A DNA stretch of 64,000 bases, from contig CAIYUC010000066.1 in assembly GCA_903929315.1 (NCBI GenBank), positions 74,986 through 138,985 of the forward strand, written 5' to 3'. Origin of the DNA: an uncultured Bacteroidales bacterium. GTDB lineage: Bacteria > Bacteroidota > Bacteroidia > Bacteroidales > FEN-979. The first letter of the stretch is position 1; every line of letters starts with the position of its first letter. Under the pieces are notes generated by a model. The model saw nothing but the letters and a program-made list of their open reading frames with translations. It ran no database searches and had not been told where the DNA came from. Shown here one piece after another: positions 22,850-31,618 of the stretch. A program made the position numbers and the translations under genes.

Positions 22850-22948
22850 TAAGCGTGTATATGATCATTGCAGTCAATGTAAAAATAATTAATTTTACCA
22901 ATTAGCATGCTGGCGCGCGTCTCTGACGCGTGCCTTATCACACAATCA

Positions 22949-24235
22949 ATGAGAAAGGTCATATTTTTCTTCGCTTTGTTTTTTACTTTAATGGACTTTC
23001 CATCCCTCTGTCAGGAATTTTATATGATCAAAGGCACAATATCCGATAATTCAACGAACATAGTTCTGCCCTTTGCACAGATTTCTGTCAGTAATTCAAC
23101 AATCGGCATTGCCTCCAATACCGACGGCTATTTTGAGATCAATATACCAAATGAACATTTGAAAGATTCATTGGTTGTTTATTACCTGGGGTATGAATCC
23201 TTTAAAGGAAAAATCTCTGAAATGTTGAATGATCAGAATTCCATACGACTAAATCCGGTAGTCTTATCATTGTCTGAGATTGAGATCATTGGCTTGACCG
23301 CGCAGGAAGTTATAAGAAGAGCAGTAGCAAATATTCCGGACAATTATGGTTCAGGGCCTATGATCCTGACCGCATTTATACGGGTTCAGAAAATGATCAA
23401 TAATAAACTGGTCGAATTTGCCGAAGCTGTGATCAATGATGAAAAAGACGGTTATTATCTGTACAAGCAAAAGGCGCTGCCTGAAAAATACAGGAAATCC
23501 AATCTGCCTGAACTCGTAAAAGCGCGGGTTATCTCCGATACTATTCTGGTTAACTCATTGGATGAGGTGGGTAAAAATGCCTATTGTCTGAGCTGCTATT
23601 TTACCCGGGATATTGTTGAATTTTACCCCGGAACCGTATTTGATGAAAAAGAATTTAAGAAATATGATTTCCACATGGAAGAAATAATCGGCCAGCAAGG
23701 GAAAAAGATCTATCATATCCGGTTTGACCAAAAAGATAAGATCAGGGAATCACTTTGGCAGGGAGAACTATTCATTGATGCCGGGGAGTTTGCGGTTGAG
23801 AAAGTCATCCTTAAACCAAGCCTGAAGAATTTTGATCATTATAACAGAAAAACAAAGTACATGCGAACCTATACCATACGAAATATGCCCGGGTGGATCC
23901 AGGAAATCCCCCTGGGACAAACTGAGGTTACCTATTCAACTCGTAATGGAAAATGGTTTTTGAATACGATCCGCAATGAATACTGGATGACCTATAACCA
24001 TCCCGGTACAGGACAAATGCTGAAATACGGATATAAAGATGAGGTCGTGGTGACGGATGTGAGTTGTGATCCGGAAAAGATAAAAAGTTTTAACGGGGAC
24101 AAATCCGTCGGCAGAAACCGGCGCTGGGATCAGATCATCGGCCAACCGGATGAAACCTTCTGGAGCCATTATAATTACCTGCCCATCGAGGAAACGCTGA
24201 AAAATGCGATCCGGAAAATTTCGGATAGTCAATAG
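22949..24235 (+). CDS. Exported hypothetical protein with an N-terminal CarboxypepD_reg-like domain
   Basis: Signal peptide MRKVIFFFALFFTLMDFPSLCQ, then IKGTISDNSTNIVLPFAQISVSNSTIGIASNTDGYFEINIP. The ORF start at 22907 lies in a REP copy, so I chose the ATG at 22949. Confidence 0.7.
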   Translation: MRKVIFFFALFFTLMDFPSLCQEFYMIKGTISDNSTNIVLPFAQISVSNSTIGIASNTDGYFEINIPNEHLKDSLVVYYLGYESFKGKISEMLNDQNSIRLNPVVLSLSEIEIIGLTAQEVIRRAVANIPDNYGSGPMILTAFIRVQKMINNKLVEFAEAVINDEKDGYYLYKQKALPEKYRKSNLPELVKARVISDTILVNSLDEVGKNAYCLSCYFTRDIVEFYPGTVFDEKEFKKYDFHMEEIIGQQGKKIYHIRFDQKDKIRESLWQGELFIDAGEFAVEKVILKPSLKNFDHYNRKTKYMRTYTIRNMPGWIQEIPLGQTEVTYSTRNGKWFLNTIRNEYWMTYNHPGTGQMLKYGYKDEVVVTDVSCDPEKIKSFNGDKSVGRNRRWDQIIGQPDETFWSHYNYLPIEETLKNAIRKISDSQ

Positions 24236-24262
24236 TAATCTTCTTTTCACAACAGAGGCGAA

Positions 24263-24490
24263 GAGAAATTGTTTAATGAGTTCGAGGTAATTACGCACGC
24301 GTTCGGAAACGCGCGCGAGATAAGTCACGCGTCAGAGACGCGCGCCAATTGTGAGAAATTGTTTAATGAGTTCGAGGTAATTACGCACGCGTTCGGAAAC
24401 GCGCGCGAGATAAGTCACGCGTCAGAGACGCGCGCCAATTGTGAGAAATTGTTTAATGAGTTCGAGGTAACTACGCACGCGTTCGGCAAT
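24263..24490. repeat. REP tandem array: 90-bp unit x2.5, each unit with an A-type and a B-type REP (reverse orientation) plus non-REP sequence
   Basis: gagaaattgtttaatgagttcgaggtaa recurs at 24263, 24353 and 24443. Units contain cgcacgcgttcggaaacgcgcgcg and gtcacgcgtcagagacgcgcgcc. Confidence 0.9.
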
Positions 24491-24609
24491 TTATCTGCCA
24501 AAGGCAGACGCGTGCAAGCTGTCGGTTATCGTAATTCGTAATCATTTTTTTCTCCGCATCACGCGTTTCGCGTTACGCGTCACGTCTTCGTTCGCCCGTC
24601 CGGACTAAT

Positions 24610-25326
24610 TCACGAATCCAGATTATTCTGAATAATCATCTCCATCGAATTAACCTCCAGCGCAACCAGGTTCCCGAAACCATCTTTCCCTTCCATATAT
24701 GGCCCGTTATCGAGATCAATGAATTTATAGAATGAATTATGAACGGCCAGGTTGATAAGCTCAAGATTTACCGGTACATGTCCGTGGATAATTCTCCGGT
24801 TTCCGATTTTTTCAGGTTTGATCTCATAGTCCCTGACCCAAAGCATGGAACGTTTATCTTCGAACGGATCAGCAATTTTGAAATTTAATCCTGCATGAAC
24901 AAGAATGAAATTATCCAGAATGACATAATATTCAAGAGTTTTAAGCCATTCAATGTATTCGGAAGGGATTTCTTTAAGATTCCTTGTTCCAAAGCTTTTT
25001 AGCGTAGCTTGTCCCCCGAATGAAAACCAGGCCATCCGTTTACGGTTAAGAAAATGGTGAAGAAACAGGTTTCCTGACCTCATTTCACTCTCGTACAACT
25101 CCAGGAAGATCTCTTCATGATTCCCTTTCAAAACCGTAATCGTATATTCATCTTTTTGCAGGGTGCGAATATAATCGATCACCTCCTTCGAACCGGGTCC
25201 CCGGTCAATGTAATCTCCAAGAAAATAAAGCTCATCCTGGCGGGAAGGCTGGATAAGTACTTCGACCAGCGCCTGAAGCGTCTTTATACAACCATGGATA
25301 TCAGGGATGACCCATTGCTTTTTCAT
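24610..25326 (-). CDS. Metallophosphoesterase (PPP/ApaH-like Ser/Thr phosphatase family)
   Basis: Motifs DIHGC, GDYIDRG, GNHE and GH are present in the order typical of the family. Confidence 0.85.
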   Translation of the reverse strand: MKKQWVIPDIHGCIKTLQALVEVLIQPSRQDELYFLGDYIDRGPGSKEVIDYIRTLQKDEYTITVLKGNHEEIFLELYESEMRSGNLFLHHFLNRKRMAWFSFGGQATLKSFGTRNLKEIPSEYIEWLKTLEYYVILDNFILVHAGLNFKIADPFEDKRSMLWVRDYEIKPEKIGNRRIIHGHVPVNLELINLAVHNSFYKFIDLDNGPYMEGKDGFGNLVALEVNSMEMIIQNNLDS

Positions 25327-25337
25327 AAAAAGGAAGA

Positions 25338-26084
25338 TTACTTTCTTTTCCCCTGGTTAGCAACCTCTTCCATGAGTTTTTTAATCAATTCAGGATCTCC
25401 GATGAAATAATCTTTTTTCAGGTTAAGGTCATCATCAAACTCAAAAACATAAGGAATTCCTGTTGGCAGATTCAGTTCCACGATATCCTTATCAGGTATG
25501 CTCTTCAGATATTTGACTATACCTCTCAGGCTGTTGCCATGGGCAGCAACCAGCACTTCCCCGTGTTCACGAAGCTTTCCCGACATTTCACTCTTCCAGT
25601 AAGGGACGATCCTTTCGACCGTCTCTTTGAGGGATTCCGTTGAAGGAATTTCCGATGGTTTAAGATCCTGATAACGGAGGTCGAACCGTGAATGACGCGG
25701 ATCATTTTCCTCCAAAGGCGGAGGAGGAATATCATAGCTCCTTCTCCAGATCAGGACCTGCTGATCGCCATATTTTTCCGCCATTTCCGACTTATTCAGC
25801 CCCTGCAGACTCCCGTAATGTTTTTCATTTAATCGCCAGGTTTTAAATACAGGGATCCAAATCAGGTCCATTTGTTCCAGGGAAAGCCATAAGGTTCTTA
25901 TGGCCCTGGTAAGATAGGATGTATAGGCGATTTTAAAATGAAAACCCTCCTTCTTCAGGGTTTTTCCTGCATCAGTGGCTTCACGTATACCTCTTTCCGA
26001 AAGATCGATATCCGTCCATCCTGTGAAACGGTTCTCTTTGTTCCAGGCGCTTTCGCCATGCCGCAATAATACGAGTCTTTTCAT
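25338..26084 (-). CDS. gpmA: 2,3-bisphosphoglycerate-dependent phosphoglycerate mutase
   Basis: [34 protein letters not shown] and AAHGNSLR. I chose the start at the Met of [12 protein letters not shown]. Confidence 0.95.
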   Translation of the reverse strand: MKRLVLLRHGESAWNKENRFTGWTDIDLSERGIREATDAGKTLKKEGFHFKIAYTSYLTRAIRTLWLSLEQMDLIWIPVFKTWRLNEKHYGSLQGLNKSEMAEKYGDQQVLIWRRSYDIPPPPLEENDPRHSRFDLRYQDLKPSEIPSTESLKETVERIVPYWKSEMSGKLREHGEVLVAAHGNSLRGIVKYLKSIPDKDIVELNLPTGIPYVFEFDDDLNLKKDYFIGDPELIKKLMEEVANQGKRK

Positions 26085-26111
26085 GTGTGGAGATCGATTT
26101 GTTAATGGCCT

Positions 26112-26119
26112 CAAAAGTA
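26112..26119 (-). promoter_or_regulatory. Candidate -7 box (TACTTTTG) for gpmA
   Basis: The reverse complement of caaaagta matches TAnnTTTG. It lies 27 nt upstream of ATG 26084. Confidence 0.4.
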
Positions 26120-26131
26120 CTAATTTTTTAA

Positions 26132-26139
26132 TATCTTTG
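26132..26139 (+). promoter_or_regulatory. Candidate -7 box (TATCTTTG) for the DUF2723 gene, divergent from the gpmA promoter
   Basis: TAnnTTTG match 23 nt upstream of ATG 26163. Confidence 0.4.
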
Positions 26140-26162
26140 CCCTTCTGTCAACCGTGAATTCC

Positions 26163-29100
26163 ATGAAAAATTACAACAAGATCAATACTATCCTCGGATG
26201 GTTCATCTTCTTTGCGGCTTCCATTGTCTTCATTCTTACTTCAGAACCCACCATGAGTTTCTGGGATTGCGGCGAGTATATTGCAACAGCCTTTAAGCTG
26301 GAAGTCGGCCACCCACCGGGAGCGCCGTTGTTCCAGATGCTGGGGCGTTTTTTCACTTTGTTTGCGTTAGGAGACGTCACTCATGTTGCGAGAATGGTAA
26401 ATACGATGTCTGCTCTTTGCAGCGGGCTGACGATCATGTTCCTTTTCTGGACTATAACAATGATAGCCAAAAAGATTGCATTGAAAACCAGAGATGAGAT
26501 GACCACAGGAACGATTTATACTATCATGGGAGCAGGCCTGGTGGGTTCCTTAGCTTACACATTCACCGATTCATTTTGGTTCTCTGCTGTAGAAGGTGAA
26601 GTTTATGCGATGTCATCGTTTTTCACCGCGGTTGTGTTCTGGGCGATCTTCAAATGGGAAGAACATGCAGATGAAAAACATGCATATCGTTGGCTCATCC
26701 TCATAGCCTATCTTATGGGGCTTTCTATAGGTGTCCACTTATTGAACTTACTTGCAATACCGGCCATAACTTTCGTTTATTATTTTAAAAAACATCCCAA
26801 TCCGGACAGAAAAGGCGTTCTTCTTACGCTGGTTATCTCCATTGCCTTACTGGCGGTTGTGATGTATGTGATTATTCCCTGGATCATAAAGCTGGCCGGA
26901 TTGTTTGAATTGTTTTTTATCAATTCTATCGGGTTACCTTTCAATTCCGGAACAATAATTTATTTTGTTCTGCTGATCGGCCTGATCACATGGAGTTTGA
27001 TCTATACGAAAAAACAAGGCAGGACAGTTCTCAACACGATTATTATTTCTTTTACCTTCCTTATTATAGGCTATACCTCCTTCCTGATGCTTGTCGTAAG
27101 AAGCAATGCCAAAACCCCGCTCGATGAGAACAACCCGGAAAATGCCATGGGTCTGCTGGCCTACCTGGGACGTGAACAATATGGCGACTGGCCTCTTATC
27201 ACCGGCCCCTATTATAATGCACCGGTAATTGACAGAAAAAATGGTTCCCCGGTCTATACAAAAAATGATAAGGCCGGGAAATATGTTATTACAGATAAAA
27301 GAGAAAAAACCATTCCTGTATATGACCCGCGGTTTACTACAATTTTCCCCAGGATGTGGGAAGATAAAGACCCGAAACATGCGGAAGGATATAAGAAATG
27401 GGCGAAGGTTAAAGGAATTCCTGTTACCGTGCAAAACGGCGACCAGCAGGAGACAAAAAATAAACCGACATTCGGTGAAAATCTGCGGTTTTTCTGGAAT
27501 TACCAGGTCATACATATGTATTTCCGATACTTTATGTGGAATTTCACCGGAAAACAAAATGATAACCAGGGAATGGGGGATAAGCTGAACGGAAACTGGA
27601 AAAGTGGAATTCCCTTTATCGATAAATGGCGATTGGGTGAGCAAAAATTACCGGAAATGCGAAAAAATAAAGCGGATAATAACTTTTATTTTTTCCCTCT
27701 GATCCTTGGCATCATTGGGTTTATCTATAATATTAGAAAAGATAAAAAAAGCACCCTCGTTATTTTCCTTTTGTTTTTTATGACAGGAATGGCCATTGTG
27801 CTGTATCTCAACCAATATGCACCTCAACCGAGAGAACGTGATTATGCTTATGCCGGATCATGCTATGCTTTTGCCATTTGGATTGGGATGGGTGTAATGG
27901 CCCTTTCGGAAGTGTTAGGTAAAAAACTTGATCAGAAGCTTTCCGCAATAATTGTAACGCTGTTTACACTGATCCTTGTGCCTGGAATCATGGGACAACA
28001 GGGATGGGATGATCATGATCGTTCGGGAAGATATACCGGCCTGGCAACTGCAACAGATTACCTGAATTCATGTGCGCCGGATGCCATTCTTTTCACCAAT
28101 GGCGACAATGATACTTTTCCTCTCTGGTATGCACAGGAAGTAGAGGGAATCCGAACGGATGTGCGTGTCGTGAACCTTAGCCTGTTAAACATGGATTGGT
28201 ACATTGACCAGGCAAAAAGGAAAGCTTATAATTCTGATCCCGTTCCGTTTTCACTGACCAGGGATAAGTACATTCAGGGAAATCATGACGTCACTTATGT
28301 CATTGAAAATGAGAAGTTGAAAAATTATTATATCGATTTACATGATCTTTTTAATGTCATCACCAATGATGAAAGTAAGCTGAAGTTCAACACAGACCAA
28401 ATCGGAACAGTTGATTTCTTTCCAACGAAGAAATTTATGGTTACTTATGATCCCAGGCAAATTAAAGAGAACAAGCTGATCCCTGAAAAATATTTCAATC
28501 GCCTTGATACAATACGTTGGGAATTAAAGCGCCAGGTTATCGAGAAAAACAACCTGATGATCCTTGACCTTCTTGCAACGAACCATTGGAAACGACCGGT
28601 ATATTTCGCAATGACCATGGGCCCTGAATCGTATATCGGTCTTGATAAATATTTCCACCTTGAAGGTGTTGCATTCCGGGTACTCCCGGTCCTTGCCAAA
28701 TCCCATGACGAACAGCCGGGAGAAATAAATTCTGATATCATGTATGATAATATGATGAATAAATTTACATTTGGTAACATGCGGGATCCGAAAGTATATA
28801 TGGATGAGAATAATTTGCGGATCGCAATGAATTTAAGGAATGCTTTCGGGCGACTTGCCAATTGCCTCATCCTTGAAGGGAAAAAAGATTCTGCCCGGCG
28901 TGTCCTGGATCGTTGCATGGAAGTAATGCCCGGGAATTCCATTCCTATGAATTTCTTCGTAATTCCTATCGCCGAAGGATATTATAAGATAGAGGAGACG
29001 AAGAAAGGAGACCAGATCGCGGAAAGCGTATATACTTTGATCAACGATGATCTTGCCTGGCTCTTCTCATTTCCTGATGATGATTTAAAAGACAGTGACC

Positions 29101-29249
29101 TGGATCTGCAGCAAGACATCATGACAATGCAGCGTTTGTCGGTGGTAACCAAGAACAATAACCGGGAAATGCTGGCTCAAAAATCAGAGGCAAGCCTCGA
29201 GAAGTATTATCAGTTATATATGACAAAAGTATATCAGCCACGCCGATGA
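26163..29249 (+). CDS. DUF2723-family polytopic membrane protein (GT-C-like putative glycosyl/mannosyltransferase)
   Basis: SFWDCGEYIATAFKLEVGHPPGAPLF is the DUF2723 signature. Many TM helices are followed by a large soluble C-terminal part. The start is either ATG 26163 or GTG 26154. Confidence 0.85.
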   Translation: MKNYNKINTILGWFIFFAASIVFILTSEPTMSFWDCGEYIATAFKLEVGHPPGAPLFQMLGRFFTLFALGDVTHVARMVNTMSALCSGLTIMFLFWTITMIAKKIALKTRDEMTTGTIYTIMGAGLVGSLAYTFTDSFWFSAVEGEVYAMSSFFTAVVFWAIFKWEEHADEKHAYRWLILIAYLMGLSIGVHLLNLLAIPAITFVYYFKKHPNPDRKGVLLTLVISIALLAVVMYVIIPWIIKLAGLFELFFINSIGLPFNSGTIIYFVLLIGLITWSLIYTKKQGRTVLNTIIISFTFLIIGYTSFLMLVVRSNAKTPLDENNPENAMGLLAYLGREQYGDWPLITGPYYNAPVIDRKNGSPVYTKNDKAGKYVITDKREKTIPVYDPRFTTIFPRMWEDKDPKHAEGYKKWAKVKGIPVTVQNGDQQETKNKPTFGENLRFFWNYQVIHMYFRYFMWNFTGKQNDNQGMGDKLNGNWKSGIPFIDKWRLGEQKLPEMRKNKADNNFYFFPLILGIIGFIYNIRKDKKSTLVIFLLFFMTGMAIVLYLNQYAPQPRERDYAYAGSCYAFAIWIGMGVMALSEVLGKKLDQKLSAIIVTLFTLILVPGIMGQQGWDDHDRSGRYTGLATATDYLNSCAPDAILFTNGDNDTFPLWYAQEVEGIRTDVRVVNLSLLNMDWYIDQAKRKAYNSDPVPFSLTRDKYIQGNHDVTYVIENEKLKNYYIDLHDLFNVITNDESKLKFNTDQIGTVDFFPTKKFMVTYDPRQIKENKLIPEKYFNRLDTIRWELKRQVIEKNNLMILDLLATNHWKRPVYFAMTMGPESYIGLDKYFHLEGVAFRVLPVLAKSHDEQPGEINSDIMYDNMMNKFTFGNMRDPKVYMDENNLRIAMNLRNAFGRLANCLILEGKKDSARRVLDRCMEVMPGNSIPMNFFVIPIAEGYYKIEETKKGDQIAESVYTLINDDLAWLFSFPDDDLKDSDLDLQQDIMTMQRLSVVTKNNNREMLAQKSEASLEKYYQLYMTKVYQPRR

Positions 29250-29896
29250 ATGCCGGGATCAGACAACCTTTCTTTTTCCGGTTCTTTAATAAAAGATATC
29301 TTACCTGTAAGATACCCAACCCGGAACAAACTATTTTTCTGACCTTTGATGATGGTCCTGTTCCTGAAGTCACGCCGGAAGTATTGAAAATACTTGAGAA
29401 ACGATCAACAAAAGCGACCTTCTTTTGCCTGGGTGAAAATGTGAAAAAATACCCTGAACTGTTTCAGGGGATCTTAACACAAGGGCATTCCATAGGGAAT
29501 CATTCATTTACTCACATGAATGGCTGGAAAACACCAACCGGACAATATGTCGAAAATGTAATGCGCTGTAATGAATATTTTACTACCTCGTTATTTCGCC
29601 CGCCATATGGAAGATTTTCCATCAGCCAATATTATATTTTAAGAAAACATTTCCAATTCATCCTATGGTCCGTCCTCAGTCGTGACTACAAACCGGAGGT
29701 CACTCCGGATCAATGCTTTGATAATGTAATGAAGTATACAACAAGCGGTTCTATCATAGTGTTTCACGACAGTCTGAAAGCAAAGGAAAAAGTTCTTTTT
29801 GCCCTTCCGCGATTCATCGATCTGCTTTTGGAAAAAGGATTCCGGTTTGGAGTAATTCCGTATAATTCTAAAGGACCCCCTCATCAGCAAAGCTGA
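29246..29896 (+). CDS. Polysaccharide deacetylase (NodB-homology domain)
   Basis: Motifs FLTFDDGP and GNHSFTH. The start overlaps the upstream stop (ATGA). Confidence 0.85.
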   Translation: MNAGIRQPFFFRFFNKRYLTCKIPNPEQTIFLTFDDGPVPEVTPEVLKILEKRSTKATFFCLGENVKKYPELFQGILTQGHSIGNHSFTHMNGWKTPTGQYVENVMRCNEYFTTSLFRPPYGRFSISQYYILRKHFQFILWSVLSRDYKPEVTPDQCFDNVMKYTTSGSIIVFHDSLKAKEKVLFALPRFIDLLLEKGFRFGVIPYNSKGPPHQQS

Positions 29897-30566
29897 AATA
29901 CTTGTCATCCCCGATGATCAGGTGATCCAGCACTGCTACATCCAGCATCATCCCCGCATCTTTCAGCTTGGAGGTAATTTTATGATCGGCTTCGCTGGGT
30001 TGCACATTTCCTGACGGGTGATTATGACCAAGAATAATAGATGAAGCATGATGATCAAGGACGATCTTAAATATTTTCTTTGGATCTACCACAGTTCCTG
30101 AAATACCTCCTTCGCTGATACTGCATTTCCGGATGACTTTATTGGCTTTGTTTAACAAGATGATCCAGAATTCTTCATAAGGTTGGTCTCCCATCGTACT
30201 ACGGAAAATTTCATAAGCATCTTTGCTGTTCGTAATTTTTTCTTTGGCGATCACTACTGCTTCATTTCTGCGTTTACCCAGTTCCATGGCGGCAATAATA
30301 ACCACCGCCTTGGCTTTTCCGATCCCTTTGAATTTCTCCAATTCCCTGACACCCAGTTTTGACAATTCAATGAGGTTTTCTTTTACATCTCCAAGAACTT
30401 TCTTTGCCAGATCGACAGCCGTTTCATTTATATTGCCCGAGCCCAGCAGGATCGCCAGGAGTTCAGCATCACTCAATGCATTTTTCCCTTTCAGAAGAAG
30501 TTTCTCTCTTGGCCTGTCATCCTCCGCCCAATTTTTAATGGTTAACCGGTTTATATAACTCTCCAT
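29868..30566 (-). CDS. radC: RadC-family JAB-domain protein
   Basis: EDDRPREKL and the JAMM motif HNHPSGNVQPSEAD. I chose the start at MESYINRL. Confidence 0.9.
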   Translation of the reverse strand: MESYINRLTIKNWAEDDRPREKLLLKGKNALSDAELLAILLGSGNINETAVDLAKKVLGDVKENLIELSKLGVRELEKFKGIGKAKAVVIIAAMELGKRRNEAVVIAKEKITNSKDAYEIFRSTMGDQPYEEFWIILLNKANKVIRKCSISEGGISGTVVDPKKIFKIVLDHHASSIILGHNHPSGNVQPSEADHKITSKLKDAGMMLDVAVLDHLIIGDDKYFSFADEGVL

Positions 30567-30700
30567 ATTTTTTCTCATTAATCGGAGAAAAATAAAAAGG
30601 TAATACCTTTGCAATGGATTATTTTAAAAATTATTACTTTTGAATGAACGTTCTCCTTCCTTCAGCTAGGGGTAGATTTATTAGTAAATATTTTTTTAAA

Positions 30701-30771
30701 ACCGCAAAGACGCGGAGACGCAGAGAATGAAGAATTAATAAATTTTCTTTGCGCCTCTGCGCCTCTGCGGT
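30701..30771. repeat. Hairpin of the ACCGCAAAGACGCG word family
   Basis: accgcaaagacgcggagacgcagag faces ctttgcgcctctgcgcctctgcggt. Confidence 0.75.
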
Positions 30772-30785
30772 GAATAAGATCTATA

Positions 30786-31535
30786 TTGAACACCTTTCCG
30801 CTATATATTATTGAGCTTTCAAAAGTTAATTCTACAAATGAATATGCTATTGACTTGTTGAAATCTCAGGACATTCCGGAGGGTACCGTCATCTGGGCCC
30901 TGGAACAATATGCAGGAAAAGGACAGGGAAATAAAACATGGGAAAGCGAACCTGGAAAGAATCTGACATTTACACTGATCCTGCATCCCGATTTCTTACC
31001 ACCTGAGAAGCAGTTTTTTCTTAATGAGGCAGTTGCATTGGGTGTGCTTGATTTTGCCGGTTCATTTATTTCAAACAAAAAAATATCTCTTAAATGGCCA
31101 AACGACATTTATGCCAGTAACTATAAGCTTGGGGGTATGTTGATAAACAATATCATTTCCGGGATGATATTCGAAACATCTATCATAGGTATCGGATTGA
31201 ATATCAATCAAACTGAATACTCCCAACTGATTCCAAACCCGGTTTCACTTAAACTGCTTATACAAGACGATATTGAATTAAGATCAGCCCTTATCAGGCT
31301 TTGCCAATTGGTTGAGTTCCGATACCGGCAGCTGCAAAATGCCGATTTTAAAAATTTACAGGACGATTATTGTAAAAACCTCCTGGGATATGACAGTTGG
31401 CGTAATTATTTGACAAGAGATCAGGTAATGGAAGGAAAAATAGCAGGGGTCACAGAAAATGGCAGGTTATTGGTTCAAAACAAGGAATTGCAAATCCAGG
31501 AGTTTGACCATCATCAGATAGAATTTCTTTTTTAG
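30786..31535 (+). CDS. birA: Biotin--[acetyl-CoA-carboxylase] ligase (no HTH domain)
   Basis: STNEYA, GKGQGNKTWESEPGKNLTFTLIL and KWPNDIY. The start is a TTG per the track. Confidence 0.85.
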   Translation: MNTFPLYIIELSKVNSTNEYAIDLLKSQDIPEGTVIWALEQYAGKGQGNKTWESEPGKNLTFTLILHPDFLPPEKQFFLNEAVALGVLDFAGSFISNKKISLKWPNDIYASNYKLGGMLINNIISGMIFETSIIGIGLNINQTEYSQLIPNPVSLKLLIQDDIELRSALIRLCQLVEFRYRQLQNADFKNLQDDYCKNLLGYDSWRNYLTRDQVMEGKIAGVTENGRLLVQNKELQIQEFDHHQIEFLF

Positions 31536-31618
31536 TTCCCAGTCAGCAGTTAACAGTCACCGATCACCAGTTGCCGATCACCATTACGAAATTATCATTT
31601 GAAATGGAATAACGAGAC

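Larger units (their letters stand above)
21747..22934. mobile_element. RAYT-REP locus: an IS200-like Y1 transposase gene flanked by inverted clusters of the REP hairpin
   Basis: REP copies in + orientation at 21774, 21808 and 21856, plus two half copies at 21747 and 21760. REP copies in - orientation at 22548, 22683, 22731, 22779 and 22826. One + copy at 22912. Confidence 0.8.

Noticed and set aside
24495-24515. The small hairpin ctgcc-aaa-ggcag as a terminator for the upstream gene.
   Set aside because: The stem is only 5 bp, no T-run follows, and it is embedded in REP debris.
24269-24541. A 90-aa ORF with a 30-aa repeating peptide (FNEFEVITHAFGNAREISHASETRANCEKL). Similar repeat-derived ORFs are 11882..12085, 21690..21881, 22674..22901 and 22771..22962.
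   Set aside because: They lie entirely within REP arrays and stay open only because the 90- and 48-bp periods are multiples of three. They have no independent start context, and the sequences translate the REP palindrome (WRASLTRA / ARVSDAC) on both strands.
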